From the IMG/VR virus record IMGVR_UViG_3300005977_000041, positions 1-10,513 of that record: DNA of 10,513 bases. One strand, given 5' to 3'. Positions 1 through 7,268 of this stretch are shown one piece after another. Position 1 is the stretch's first letter, and the number at the start of each line of letters is the position of its first letter. The translations under genes were made by a program, and so were the position numbers. Below the pieces are notes generated by a model, which saw only the letters and a program-made list of their open reading frames with translations, had not been told where the DNA came from and made no database searches.

Positions 1-1
1 T

Positions 2-112
2 CCTCAGCCTTACGCGAAACAAGTAGATTCAATAAATCAAAAATTTAAAGAAGATGAGAATTTAAATTTAGATAATTTAGAAGAAGAAATGGAGGGAATA
101 AAAGATGAGTGA
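2..112 (+). CDS. 3' end of a CDS entering from the left edge (partial; ...PQPYAKQVDSINQKFKEDENLNLDNLEEEMEGIKDE*)
   Basis: Frame 2 is open from the window edge to TGA at 110-112. It overlaps the next ATG (105) by 8 nt and contains that gene's GGAGG RBS, typical operon coupling. Confidence 0.6.
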   Translation, partial: PQPYAKQVDSINQKFKEDENLNLDNLEEEMEGIKDE

Positions 113-332
113 AATAACTCTTATTCTAACTATAATTTCAACATTTATAACTACATTATTTGCGATTGTTCAACTTTATCTCAAAATTAAAAATGCATTG
201 AAAGAGGCAGTTAAAGAAATTGTAAACTCCGAATTGCAAAATTTAAAAATAGAAATTGAAGAATTGAAAATAAATCAGAATGAATTAAAACAACAAATTG
301 AAGAAATAAAAATAAGACTAGGTAAAACTTGA
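105..332 (+). CDS. Small membrane-anchored coiled-coil protein (75 aa)
   Basis: Hydrophobic N-terminal helix (ITLILTIISTFITTLFAIVQLYL) followed by heptad-rich C-terminus; GGAGG upstream. Confidence 0.85.
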   Translation: MSEITLILTIISTFITTLFAIVQLYLKIKNALKEAVKEIVNSELQNLKIEIEELKINQNELKQQIEEIKIRLGKT

Positions 333-369
333 TATTTGTCATATTGTAGATTTCTATCTACGTGAGAAA

Positions 370-564
370 ATGATAAAAAAGATAGATTTAATAAAATTTG
401 AGATTTTACTTGAGTTACAACTTGGATTAATTACCGAAATTAATGAAAATGAAGATCTTAAAGAAGACGAAATATTGGAAGCTTTAGAGATAATCAAAAA
501 TATATCTGAAGAAATAAACAAAGATATATCTGTTTTACTAAATCAAAACTCAGAAAAAAGATAA
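370..564 (+). CDS. Hypothetical acidic helical protein (64 aa)
   Basis: ORF track; GTGA RBS-like motif and an AT-box-TGTCA element upstream; D/E-rich. Confidence 0.75.
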   Translation: MIKKIDLIKFEILLELQLGLITEINENEDLKEDEILEALEIIKNISEEINKDISVLLNQNSEKR

Positions 565-579
565 AAAAAGAAAAAAGAA

Positions 580-879
580 TTATAACTTTTTCATCATTCT
601 TTGTATATTGAATTTGATGTAATTATCAATTTTTAAATCTTTATCATGAAGAATATTTGTACTATTTGCTTCTTTGCACAAAATTGCTAAATCTCTTAAT
701 AAAATTGCTTTTCTTCTATATCCTAGATGATAATATGCTAAATGTATTGATAAATTTTTAGTTTTCATATTGCAATATGGACATCTTTCATTATGAAAAT
801 GTATCTGTGCATGTTTCTTAAACTCTTTTTTGCCAGATATTGAAATTTTACATAAATAGCAATAATAGAATTTTGGCAT
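580..879 (-). CDS. Double C2H2 zinc-finger protein (99 aa)
   Basis: CYLC...HAQIH and CPYC...HLAYYH motifs; GGTG RBS lies in the end of the upstream small ORF. Confidence 0.85.
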   Translation of the reverse strand: MPKFYYCYLCKISISGKKEFKKHAQIHFHNERCPYCNMKTKNLSIHLAYYHLGYRRKAILLRDLAILCKEANSTNILHDKDLKIDNYIKFNIQRMMKKL

Positions 880-882
880 TTT

Positions 883-1008
883 TTAATACACCTTAATTTC
901 TAGATTGTAACTTTGACACATTTGTATTATACGTTTCATTAATTCTCCATCTTCTTTTTTAACGTGAAAGCTTGTTAAATCCTTACACTCAATTATTATT
1001 TTCTCCAT
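883..1008 (-). CDS. Small hypothetical protein (41 aa, MEKIIIECKDLTSFHVKKEDGELMKRIIQMCQSYNLEIKVY), not in ORF track
   Basis: Manual translation; own BRE/TATA (GAAAAA-TTTATA) and GTGAG RBS; stop lies 3 nt before the zinc-finger ATG. Confidence 0.65.
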   Translation of the reverse strand: MEKIIIECKDLTSFHVKKEDGELMKRIIQMCQSYNLEIKVY

Positions 1009-1071
1009 GTTCTCACTATAATCATATATCATATAAAGCATATAAATTTTTCGATTAATCAGCTCTTGAAG

Positions 1072-2079
1072 TCATTCTAAAAATCTGACATATAAATTTT
1101 CTATATTATATCTCTTAGCTAATTCTTTTAGATTTCTACTTCTTTCATCTCTATCTTTTAATTCTGAAGCTATCAATATTGCATTTACCATGTCATGAAT
1201 GTCAAATTTGTGAATTTTCCATTTTTGTCCATGAGTTTTATCATAATATTCCTCAATCTCTGAAGATTTAATTAGTAAATTCCATTGCCATCTAGTAAAT
1301 TCATCAAATGGCGGCATTAGTTGATGAATGACTGGAGTTCCCATGGCCATGCTTTCTAGAACCGGCATTCCGAAACCTTCCGTTCCTGAAGGAACTATTA
1401 CAAAATCCATAACTTTATAGAATGCAAAAATGTATTCTCTCGGATTATACCCAAATTCGCTAACAAAATGCACATTTTCGGGAACTTCAAAATCTTTAAA
1501 TGCTTTATGAGAAATCACAAAGAAATGCACTTTTTTGGCTAATTCTGGAATTTTAGTATTTATCTCCTGAAAAACTCTTATCATAAGATCCATATTCTTT
1601 CTTTTAGTTAGACCTGAAACTATTCCAAATTTTATTGTATCTGGAAAATCTTTATCTATTTTTTGTTTCAATTGAATAGCTAATTGTTCAGCTTTTTCTA
1701 CAATTTCAAAATTTATACCATGGAAAACTGGCAATTCAACATTTAAACCGACCTCTTGCAAATTTTGAGCTGTAAACTTTGAATTTGGTATAAATATTAT
1801 ATTTTCTAATAGATATTGATTTATAATATTTAAATTAGGCTGACCGTCACAAGTTGTATAAAAATACTTAATTCCGCGAAATTCATGAAATGCATACAAA
1901 TATGGATTTAGAGATGGGGGATGAAACGGCATAAAAATTATTAATTTATCAGATTGTGGAATTAAATATGGATTTGTAGAAATTGTTACAATTTCTCCAT
2001 TTTTTCTTAGAACTTGTGCAATATCTTCCGATACATTTCTTATAGATGAGTAATTCATAGTTAAAATTACGGTTTTCAT
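1072..2079 (-). CDS. Glycosyltransferase, GT-B fold family 4 (rudivirus ORF335-like)
   Basis: E-X7-E motif EGFGMPVLE followed by SMAMGTPVI; RKN motif; 335 aa and position near the MCP match the SIRV core. Confidence 0.95.
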   Translation of the reverse strand: MKTVILTMNYSSIRNVSEDIAQVLRKNGEIVTISTNPYLIPQSDKLIIFMPFHPPSLNPYLYAFHEFRGIKYFYTTCDGQPNLNIINQYLLENIIFIPNSKFTAQNLQEVGLNVELPVFHGINFEIVEKAEQLAIQLKQKIDKDFPDTIKFGIVSGLTKRKNMDLMIRVFQEINTKIPELAKKVHFFVISHKAFKDFEVPENVHFVSEFGYNPREYIFAFYKVMDFVIVPSGTEGFGMPVLESMAMGTPVIHQLMPPFDEFTRWQWNLLIKSSEIEEYYDKTHGQKWKIHKFDIHDMVNAILIASELKDRDERSRNLKELAKRYNIENLYVRFLE

Positions 2080-2115
2080 GTGAATTTTTTATTTGTCATG
2101 ACACTAAAAAATATC
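2080..2115. promoter_or_regulatory. Overlapping divergent promoters centred on palindrome TGTCATGACA (2094-2103)
   Basis: 36 bp between two divergent ATGs; T6A box plus TGTCA on each strand. Confidence 0.7.
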
Positions 2116-2286
2116 ATGGGTATCTTTTTATTTGAGTGTCCAGTTTGTAAAAGAATAACTAAAACTAGAAAAGCTATGATTACACACTTGAAAAAACATC
2201 ATCCTAATGTAAAAATTAGTGATTGCAAAAGAATAAGTAAAACAAATTATGAGTATATAGAAACAGAAATTGATGATAATGATTAA
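2116..2286 (+). CDS. C2H2 zinc-finger protein (56 aa; SIRV ORF55-like)
   Basis: FECPVC...HLKKHH motif. ATG 2116 preferred over the track's 2080 because it leaves room for the promoter and matches the leaderless spacing. Confidence 0.85.
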   Translation: MGIFLFECPVCKRITKTRKAMITHLKKHHPNVKISDCKRISKTNYEYIETEIDDND

Positions 2287-2397
2287 TTTCAAGTTAAAAA
2301 GTTAAAAGTATTTTTTTAAAAATTTTAAATTTGAACTAAAGTTCTGAAAAAGAAAAAATAAAAAAATAAAATAGCTTAAAAGATATTCTATAATTTT
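2287..2397. terminator. Bidirectional oligo-T terminator region between convergent zinc-finger and MCP genes
   Basis: T7 run at 2311-2317 on +; several A-runs at about 2347-2371 (U-runs for the MCP transcript). Confidence 0.55.
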
Positions 2398-2802
2398 TTA
2401 GCTTACATATCCAGTTGGGCTTCCAGTTATAATGTTGGTGACTGCATCTAATACTGTGGGGTTTGCATTAAACGCTGAAATATAATATGCCTTCAATCCG
2501 TTAATCATATTAACAAGTGCTGGTCCGCCTCCCAATCTGTTTAAAGCTCTAGCAACTTTGAGACCGAAACCTTGATAAACTGCCCTATTAGGACCAGTTA
2601 TTCCATATTCTGATAATACTGCAGATACTTGTTCATTCACAGATGTAAATTTAGGAACGTGAGTTTGGAAATTTTGTTGTGCAACTGGAGATACATTTGA
2701 TAATATAGTAGATGCTACGGTAGGATTTGAAAATGATGCAAATTTAGCTTGCCATTTTGCGTATCTTTGGCTATAGGATCTTGGTGTTCTTCCTTTCGCC
2801 AT
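2398..2802 (-). CDS. mcp: Rudivirus major capsid protein (SIRV ORF134 family)
   Basis: 134 aa; MAKGRTPRSYSQRYAKWQAKF...GITGPNRAVYQGFGLKVARALNR...TGSPTGYVS is the SIRV coat protein signature. Confidence 0.98.
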   Translation of the reverse strand: MAKGRTPRSYSQRYAKWQAKFASFSNPTVASTILSNVSPVAQQNFQTHVPKFTSVNEQVSAVLSEYGITGPNRAVYQGFGLKVARALNRLGGGPALVNMINGLKAYYISAFNANPTVLDAVTNIITGSPTGYVS

Positions 2803-3074
2803 TTTTGGTCAATTAAAAATTTTAATTTCTACAATATAAATTTTCACGTCTTATATACTATATAATGTATATTAGTTGATGAAATTGGCGTAAAATTCAA
2901 GACAAAAGTTATATAAATAATATAATGTATATTGCTTTTTCTTTACGTGATGAATCAATCTTGACAATTTATGAACTAAAAAATTGGGATAATTCTGAGA
3001 ATTAAACGATATGTAATACATTATATCTAAAGTAATACAAAATTTTTAAATTGTCACATTGTAAAGATTGAAAT
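2803..3074. promoter_or_regulatory. Divergent intergenic control region (MCP promoter, ORF105 promoter, repeated motifs)
   Basis: Minus-strand GAAAA-TTTATA at about 2835-2845; plus-strand TTTAAA-TTGTCA at 3045-3056; ATATAATGTAT x3; WGTAATACA x2. Confidence 0.7.
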
Positions 3075-3392
3075 ATGAGTGATTTTGCAAAATATGAGTG
3101 TAGAAAATATACAGTTCAAATTTTTAAATGGTTGAAAAGTCGTTATCCTGACAATGTTTATGATTTTCTAGTTTTAGAAGATGAGAACTTAGTAACTATA
3201 AAAATTATAATGAATGTAACAATAAAATTTTATGAAAAAAGAGGTCTAGGAATTGTAAATTATATAATTAAAACTTTTAGACGTCCAGAATTAATAAAAA
3301 TAAATTGGAGATATAATAGAAATATGTTTAATATTGTTGTCTTTTGTGACGAAGTTAGTAAGAGTATAAATTTGTCAGAAAACGAAAAATAA
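3075..3392 (+). CDS. Hypothetical protein (105 aa)
   Basis: ORF track; TATA-TGTCA promoter at leaderless spacing. Confidence 0.8.
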   Translation: MSDFAKYECRKYTVQIFKWLKSRYPDNVYDFLVLEDENLVTIKIIMNVTIKFYEKRGLGIVNYIIKTFRRPELIKINWRYNRNMFNIVVFCDEVSKSINLSENEK

Positions 3393-3404
3393 GAATGATA
3401 AAGT

Positions 3405-3680
3405 ATGGGCAAATTAGCTTTTAGGTTATATATTTCTATAATGCTTTCAATTGTAATACTTAATATACTTTTAATATTTTCTGAAGGAATTTTATCTAAA
3501 AATCTACAAAATATAGTTTTATATTCCGCAATTACATCAATTTTATTAGCAATAATTTTCACATGGATAATAGATTTGATAGATGATTTAGATACAAGAA
3601 TTAATAAACTTGAACTAGAAATTGAAAGATTAAAAAGAGAAAGAAGACAAGAAATATATATGTCAGATAACGAAAAATAA
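3405..3680 (+). CDS. Two-TM membrane protein with C-terminal coiled coil (paralog 1, 91 aa)
   Basis: Two hydrophobic helices then DTRINKLELEIERLKR. Confidence 0.85.
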   Translation: MGKLAFRLYISIMLSIVILNILLIFSEGILSKNLQNIVLYSAITSILLAIIFTWIIDLIDDLDTRINKLELEIERLKRERRQEIYMSDNEK

Positions 3681-3692
3681 AGATGAGAAAAA

Positions 3693-3935
3693 ATGGAAAG
3701 AGAATTTCGTGAAATAATAGTTTTCTTAATTTTTTTAGCTTTAATGTCTTTAGCTTTAATAGTCATGTCATTAGGAATTCTTGTAAAAAATATGCCAATA
3801 GTTATAATATCAACATTTTTTGCATCTGGAATTTTTGCAATTATATATGTAGCAATTTATGATATCTTTGCAGATATTTATGATGAAATTGATGAACTTA
3901 AAGCAGAAATTGAAAGATTAAAAAGAAAGAAATGA
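3693..3935 (+). CDS. Two-TM membrane protein with C-terminal coiled coil (paralog 2, 80 aa)
   Basis: Two hydrophobic helices then YDEIDELKAEIERLKR; colinear with paralog 1. Confidence 0.85.
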   Translation: MEREFREIIVFLIFLALMSLALIVMSLGILVKNMPIVIISTFFASGIFAIIYVAIYDIFADIYDEIDELKAEIERLKRKK

Positions 3936-4005
3936 CTAGAAATATATTTGTAAAAAAATGAAAAATAAAAAAATATTTTTTGCTTAATTTTCTCTTTTAT
4001 TTTTA

Positions 4006-4197
4006 TCAACTTTTGTACATGACCTTTACATTAAATTTTTCTTGATTCTCTATATCTTGTTTATAATTAGTATGATTACTTAAAAATTCTCTAATTGCTA
4101 ATCTAACAACTTCAGATCTGTTTAACTTATGATTTATAGCATATTTATCAAGTTTTTGCAAAAGATCTTCATCAATTTTTACTGTTATTACTCTCAT
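4006..4197 (-). CDS. Ribbon-helix-helix protein, aCcr1 / SIRV2 gp21-like cell-cycle regulator family
   Basis: [20 protein letters not shown]...[11 protein letters not shown] closely matches the recalled aCcr1-type RHH (MRVVTFK.EEDLL..LD.YA...LNRSE.IR.AI). Confidence 0.85.
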   Translation of the reverse strand: MRVITVKIDEDLLQKLDKYAINHKLNRSEVVRLAIREFLSNHTNYKQDIENQEKFNVKVMYKS

Positions 4198-4355
4198 TTA
4201 ATTCCCCTTTTCTGAAGATATTCTTCTAAAGCTTCTTCAATTGCTTCTGTTAGCGTGATATTATTATTTGCACAATAAACTTTCAATTTCCTCTTTAACT
4301 CTTTATCTATATTAATTCCGAAAACTACTCTTTCTCTTTTAGTTTTCTCCATCAT
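4194..4355 (-). CDS. svtR: SvtR-like ribbon-helix-helix transcriptional repressor (53 aa), not in ORF track
   Basis: Manual translation [53 protein letters not shown] matches recalled SIRV1 ORF56b SvtR ([29 protein letters not shown]); GAGG RBS; ATGA overlap with the next gene. Confidence 0.92.
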   Translation of the reverse strand: MMEKTKRERVVFGINIDKELKRKLKVYCANNNITLTEAIEEALEEYLQKRGIK

Positions 4356-4453
4356 TTTTCCTCAGTTTATAAACATACATTATGACATATTTATATATTT
4401 CGATTTTTTGCATAAACTTTATTACTAAGTAATTTGCATATAATAAAATTGAA

Positions 4454-4741
4454 ATGACACTAAGTGCAGATGCATTAGAAGGTTTTTTAGTACTAATGGG
4501 CGTATTGATAGGCTCATATGTTGTTGGAGAAATAGTATATCTCTACAATCAAAAGCAAGCAAATCAATCATTCCAAATTGCAGTAGATCAAATGACAAAA
4601 TCTACAATTTCAGCGATTGAATCAATAAAGGATACCACTACACTTGGCGTTAATGCACTCTTGAATATGGATACTCTTTCAGATGTAAATGCATTGGCAC
4701 AGAAAAAGCAAAGTTCTCAATCGCAAACACAAAGTAAATAA
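4454..4741 (+). CDS. Virus-associated pyramid protein PVAP (SIRV2 P98 / STIV C92 family)
   Basis: N-terminal TM plus GEIVYLYN.KQ.N..F..A.DQM.KST..AIESIKDTT..G.NALLNMDTL.DVN.LA, the P98 signature. Confidence 0.95.
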   Translation: MTLSADALEGFLVLMGVLIGSYVVGEIVYLYNQKQANQSFQIAVDQMTKSTISAIESIKDTTTLGVNALLNMDTLSDVNALAQKKQSSQSQTQSK

Positions 4742-4742
4742 T

Positions 4743-5087
4743 TTATTTTTGATTTTTTAACATATAAGTTAAAACTTTTTTTATATCTTTTTTTGTTTTT
4801 GGAACTAATTCAATTCTGATATCTGAATGTGGAGGCATTTTTTCATGAACTCTAGAATAATCTAAACGTTTATTCGTAAAAATAAGAACATGATAATGTA
4901 GACCATGAAATTTTGTTGTATATTCTTTAACTGAAAAAATATGAGCTGATGAGTCATGATTATACACATATTGCCGAAATTTTTTATAGATTGGAATCAC
5001 AGAATTATATCGATAATTCGTAGAAATTGTAACAAAATAAGTATAACTATAAAGAAAATGATAGCTAAAAACTTTTTTACCGTTCAC
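4743..5087 (-). CDS. rep: HUH-superfamily Rep endonuclease (SIRV ORF119 family)
   Basis: Motif I FVTIS, HUH motif GLHYHVLI, YxxK motif YMLK; GTG start at leaderless spacing from a TATA-TGTCA promoter. Confidence 0.93.
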   Translation of the reverse strand: MNGKKVFSYHFLYSYTYFVTISTNYRYNSVIPIYKKFRQYVYNHDSSAHIFSVKEYTTKFHGLHYHVLIFTNKRLDYSRVHEKMPPHSDIRIELVPKTKKDIKKVLTYMLKNQK

Positions 5088-5100
5088 ATATGCAATTGAA

Positions 5101-5130
5101 AATCTGACATTTAAATGTATATGTCATCTT
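5101..5130. promoter_or_regulatory. Bidirectional promoter with inverted repeat TGACAT-N10-ATGTCA
   Basis: TGACAT 5105-5110, ATGTCA 5121-5126; palindrome ACATTTAAATGT 5107-5118. Confidence 0.7.
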
Positions 5131-5158
5131 TTTATAGTATTCTGAAATATCTAAAATT

Positions 5159-5431
5159 ATGAAAAAGCAAAGAAATAAGTATATCGAATTAAGAATACCT
5201 GCAAGGTATAAAAATCTTTTTTATGAGAAAAGAGAGACAATAAAACAAGAGATTGACAGAATTCTAAATGAAGAAAAAGAATTCAAAGAAATTGAAAGTA
5301 ACGAAATTTATGATGAGCGTGTTTTTTTTACTGTCGATGAATTATATTATCACAAACTTGAAGAATTAGCAAATAAATACAACATGAAAATATCTAAATT
5401 AATAAGATCTATATTCTTTAAGTTAATTTAA
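5159..5431 (+). CDS. Putative RHH-type DNA-binding protein (90 aa), possibly two fused RHH-like units
   Basis: C-terminal RVFFTVDELYYHKLEELANKYNMKISKLIRSIF has beta-alpha-alpha RHH pattern; N-terminal YIELRIP resembles a second beta strand. Confidence 0.7.
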   Translation: MKKQRNKYIELRIPARYKNLFYEKRETIKQEIDRILNEEKEFKEIESNEIYDERVFFTVDELYYHKLEELANKYNMKISKLIRSIFFKLI

Positions 5432-5531
5432 ATATTTTTTTCATCTTTTTTTTAACTTCTAGATATCATAGCTTGTACTTTTATAAATATTTAAATTTGT
5501 CATATTTCAAACTTTTAATTAGGCGAAAAAT

Positions 5532-5933
5532 ATGGCTTCCCTTAAAGAAATAATAGATGAATTAGGTAAACAAGCTAAAGAAAATAATAAAATAGCTTCA
5601 AGAATTTTAAAAATCAAAGGTCTAAAAAGACTAGTGGTTCAACTAAATGCAGTCCCTCAAGATGGCAAAATAAGATATTCTATGACCATTCATAGTCAAA
5701 ATAATTTCAGAAAACAGTTAGGAATAACTGCAAATGACAGTGAAGATTTAAGATTAATTGCAGAATTCTTAAATAAATATGCTGATTTACTAAATGAATA
5801 TGTAAAATTTACGCCAAGGAATAATAATAATGTAAGAGAAGAAGAATTAGAATTAGAAGAAGATACAGAAAGCCAAAAAGAGCAAAAAAAAGAGAAAAAA
5901 AGAGAAAAGAAAAACGTAGAAGATGAATTTTAA
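5532..5933 (+). CDS. Single-stranded DNA-binding protein (SIRV2 gp17 / ORF131 family)
   Basis: RILKIKGLKRLVVQLNAVP...YSMTIHSQNNFRKQ.GI core and charged disordered tail ending EDEF; first gene of the conserved three-gene operon. Confidence 0.88.
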   Translation: MASLKEIIDELGKQAKENNKIASRILKIKGLKRLVVQLNAVPQDGKIRYSMTIHSQNNFRKQLGITANDSEDLRLIAEFLNKYADLLNEYVKFTPRNNNNVREEELELEEDTESQKEQKKEKKREKKNVEDEF

Positions 5934-5958
5934 AACGTCATAAGATAAATTTTTTTTC

Positions 5959-7266
5959 ATGAGTAGTTCAAATCACCTTCTTGAAAAGATAAAATCTCAT
6001 TCTTTTTTTTATAATCCAAGAGATACAGAAAGAGTTTTAAATATAATTCTCTCTGGAAAACAAATAGAAGACTCAAAAAAAATTGAAATTTTAAAAGCTT
6101 ACAAACGCGGAATTGATCAACAATATTTTCAGTCTTATTTATTATATAATAATGAAGTAAAATTTATTTCAAAAATTGTTAATTTTAAAGTTAAAGATGA
6201 TGAAATAATAGCAAAATTTCAAAATGGTTTTATTGCAAATTTCGATCCACATTTTATAGCTGATAATCCTGAAGATTTCTATAATTTGATAACTAGCTAT
6301 ATGTTTGTAAAAATTAGAAAAGGTATAAATGGCTGGTACATTAGCGATATTTATTCAATTGAGCCACCTAACAATTATGAAATTGCAAAAGAATTATTTG
6401 AATTAGCAAGTTCAGAATATTCAACTTATGCACTTTTATTGCAAAGTTTTGGATATGACCCGACTAGAATGGAAATAAATGATATTTTCCTCTTCTTGCC
6501 GAGATTATTTCCACTTTTCAAATCCCCAATTACAAAACGCCAAATTAATTATATTGAAATTTCTAATAGAGGAACTGGTAAAACTACAACTTTTATGATT
6601 TTACAAGAAGTTTTCAATTTTAGATATTATACAGAAGCTCCAACTTATGCCAATTTAGTATATGATGCTAGAAATAATATGTATGGAGCTGTATTTTTAT
6701 CAAATGGATTGATATTTGATGAAATTCAAAATTGGAAAGATGGTTTTTCAACAAAAGAACTAAATACTATAAATTCAACTCTGTCAACTGGAATTGAAAA
6801 TTGTATTTGGACTCGCGGTGCTGGAACAGAATCAAAATCTGCAACTATTCAAAAATGTATTCCAATTATTTACGCTGGAAATCCATATTCTTATACAATT
6901 AATAAATTAGTAAATCCAGATATAGAAGATTATCTACAAAATTATGAAATATTTACATCTGCAATTTTAGATAGAATTCATATTATTCAATTAGCAATTA
7001 AGAAAACTTATGATAAAATTATAAATGCAAGAGTATTATATCCTTCAATTTTAAAAGCATTAATTGAATTAATTCAACAGAAGATAAATAGCATTAATAA
7101 TTATGTAAATTGCGAAAATTTAGAATCTAGGAGACAAGAGCAAAGTATCGATATTCAAATTTTATTACAAGCTCTAGATATAGATCTACAAATTGGAAAA
7201 GTACAAAATGAAGAAATTTGTAATAGAATAATAAATTTAATGAGATTTAGCAATTTAGGTGGTTGA
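5959..7266 (+). CDS. AAA+ ATPase, putative helicase (SIRV2 gp18 / ORF436 family)
   Basis: Walker [10 protein letters not shown], Walker B LIFDE, sensor I YAGN, arginine-finger SAILDR. Confidence 0.93.
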   Translation: MSSSNHLLEKIKSHSFFYNPRDTERVLNIILSGKQIEDSKKIEILKAYKRGIDQQYFQSYLLYNNEVKFISKIVNFKVKDDEIIAKFQNGFIANFDPHFIADNPEDFYNLITSYMFVKIRKGINGWYISDIYSIEPPNNYEIAKELFELASSEYSTYALLLQSFGYDPTRMEINDIFLFLPRLFPLFKSPITKRQINYIEISNRGTGKTTTFMILQEVFNFRYYTEAPTYANLVYDARNNMYGAVFLSNGLIFDEIQNWKDGFSTKELNTINSTLSTGIENCIWTRGAGTESKSATIQKCIPIIYAGNPYSYTINKLVNPDIEDYLQNYEIFTSAILDRIHIIQLAIKKTYDKIINARVLYPSILKALIELIQQKINSINNYVNCENLESRRQEQSIDIQILLQALDIDLQIGKVQNEEICNRIINLMRFSNLGG

Positions 7267-7268
7267 AA

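Larger units (their letters stand above)
3373..3968 (+). repeat. Diverged tandem duplication with 288-bp period
   Basis: 20-mer at 3373 and 3661 (19/20 identical) and 3949 (16/20 vs 3661); identical 22-mer at 3617 and 3905; ATGs at 3405 and 3693. Confidence 0.9.

Noticed and set aside
2080-2115. N-terminal extension of the zinc-finger ORF
   Set aside because: It is the shared divergent promoter; ATG 2116 fits promoter spacing.
2851-2940. 60-bp-period repeat as a mini-CRISPR array
   Set aside because: Only two 14-bp AT-rich copies; no resemblance to 24-25 nt Sulfolobales repeats ending in GAAAG/GAAAC.
3260-3766. 168-aa minus-strand ORF in the track
   Set aside because: Antisense shadow of three plus-strand genes that have promoters and paralogy support; Ile/Ser/Lys-biased with no recognisable RBS.
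4743-5087. HUH protein as an IS200/IS605 transposase
   Set aside because: Sequence matches the rudiviral Rep family; no tnpB or terminal hairpins seen.
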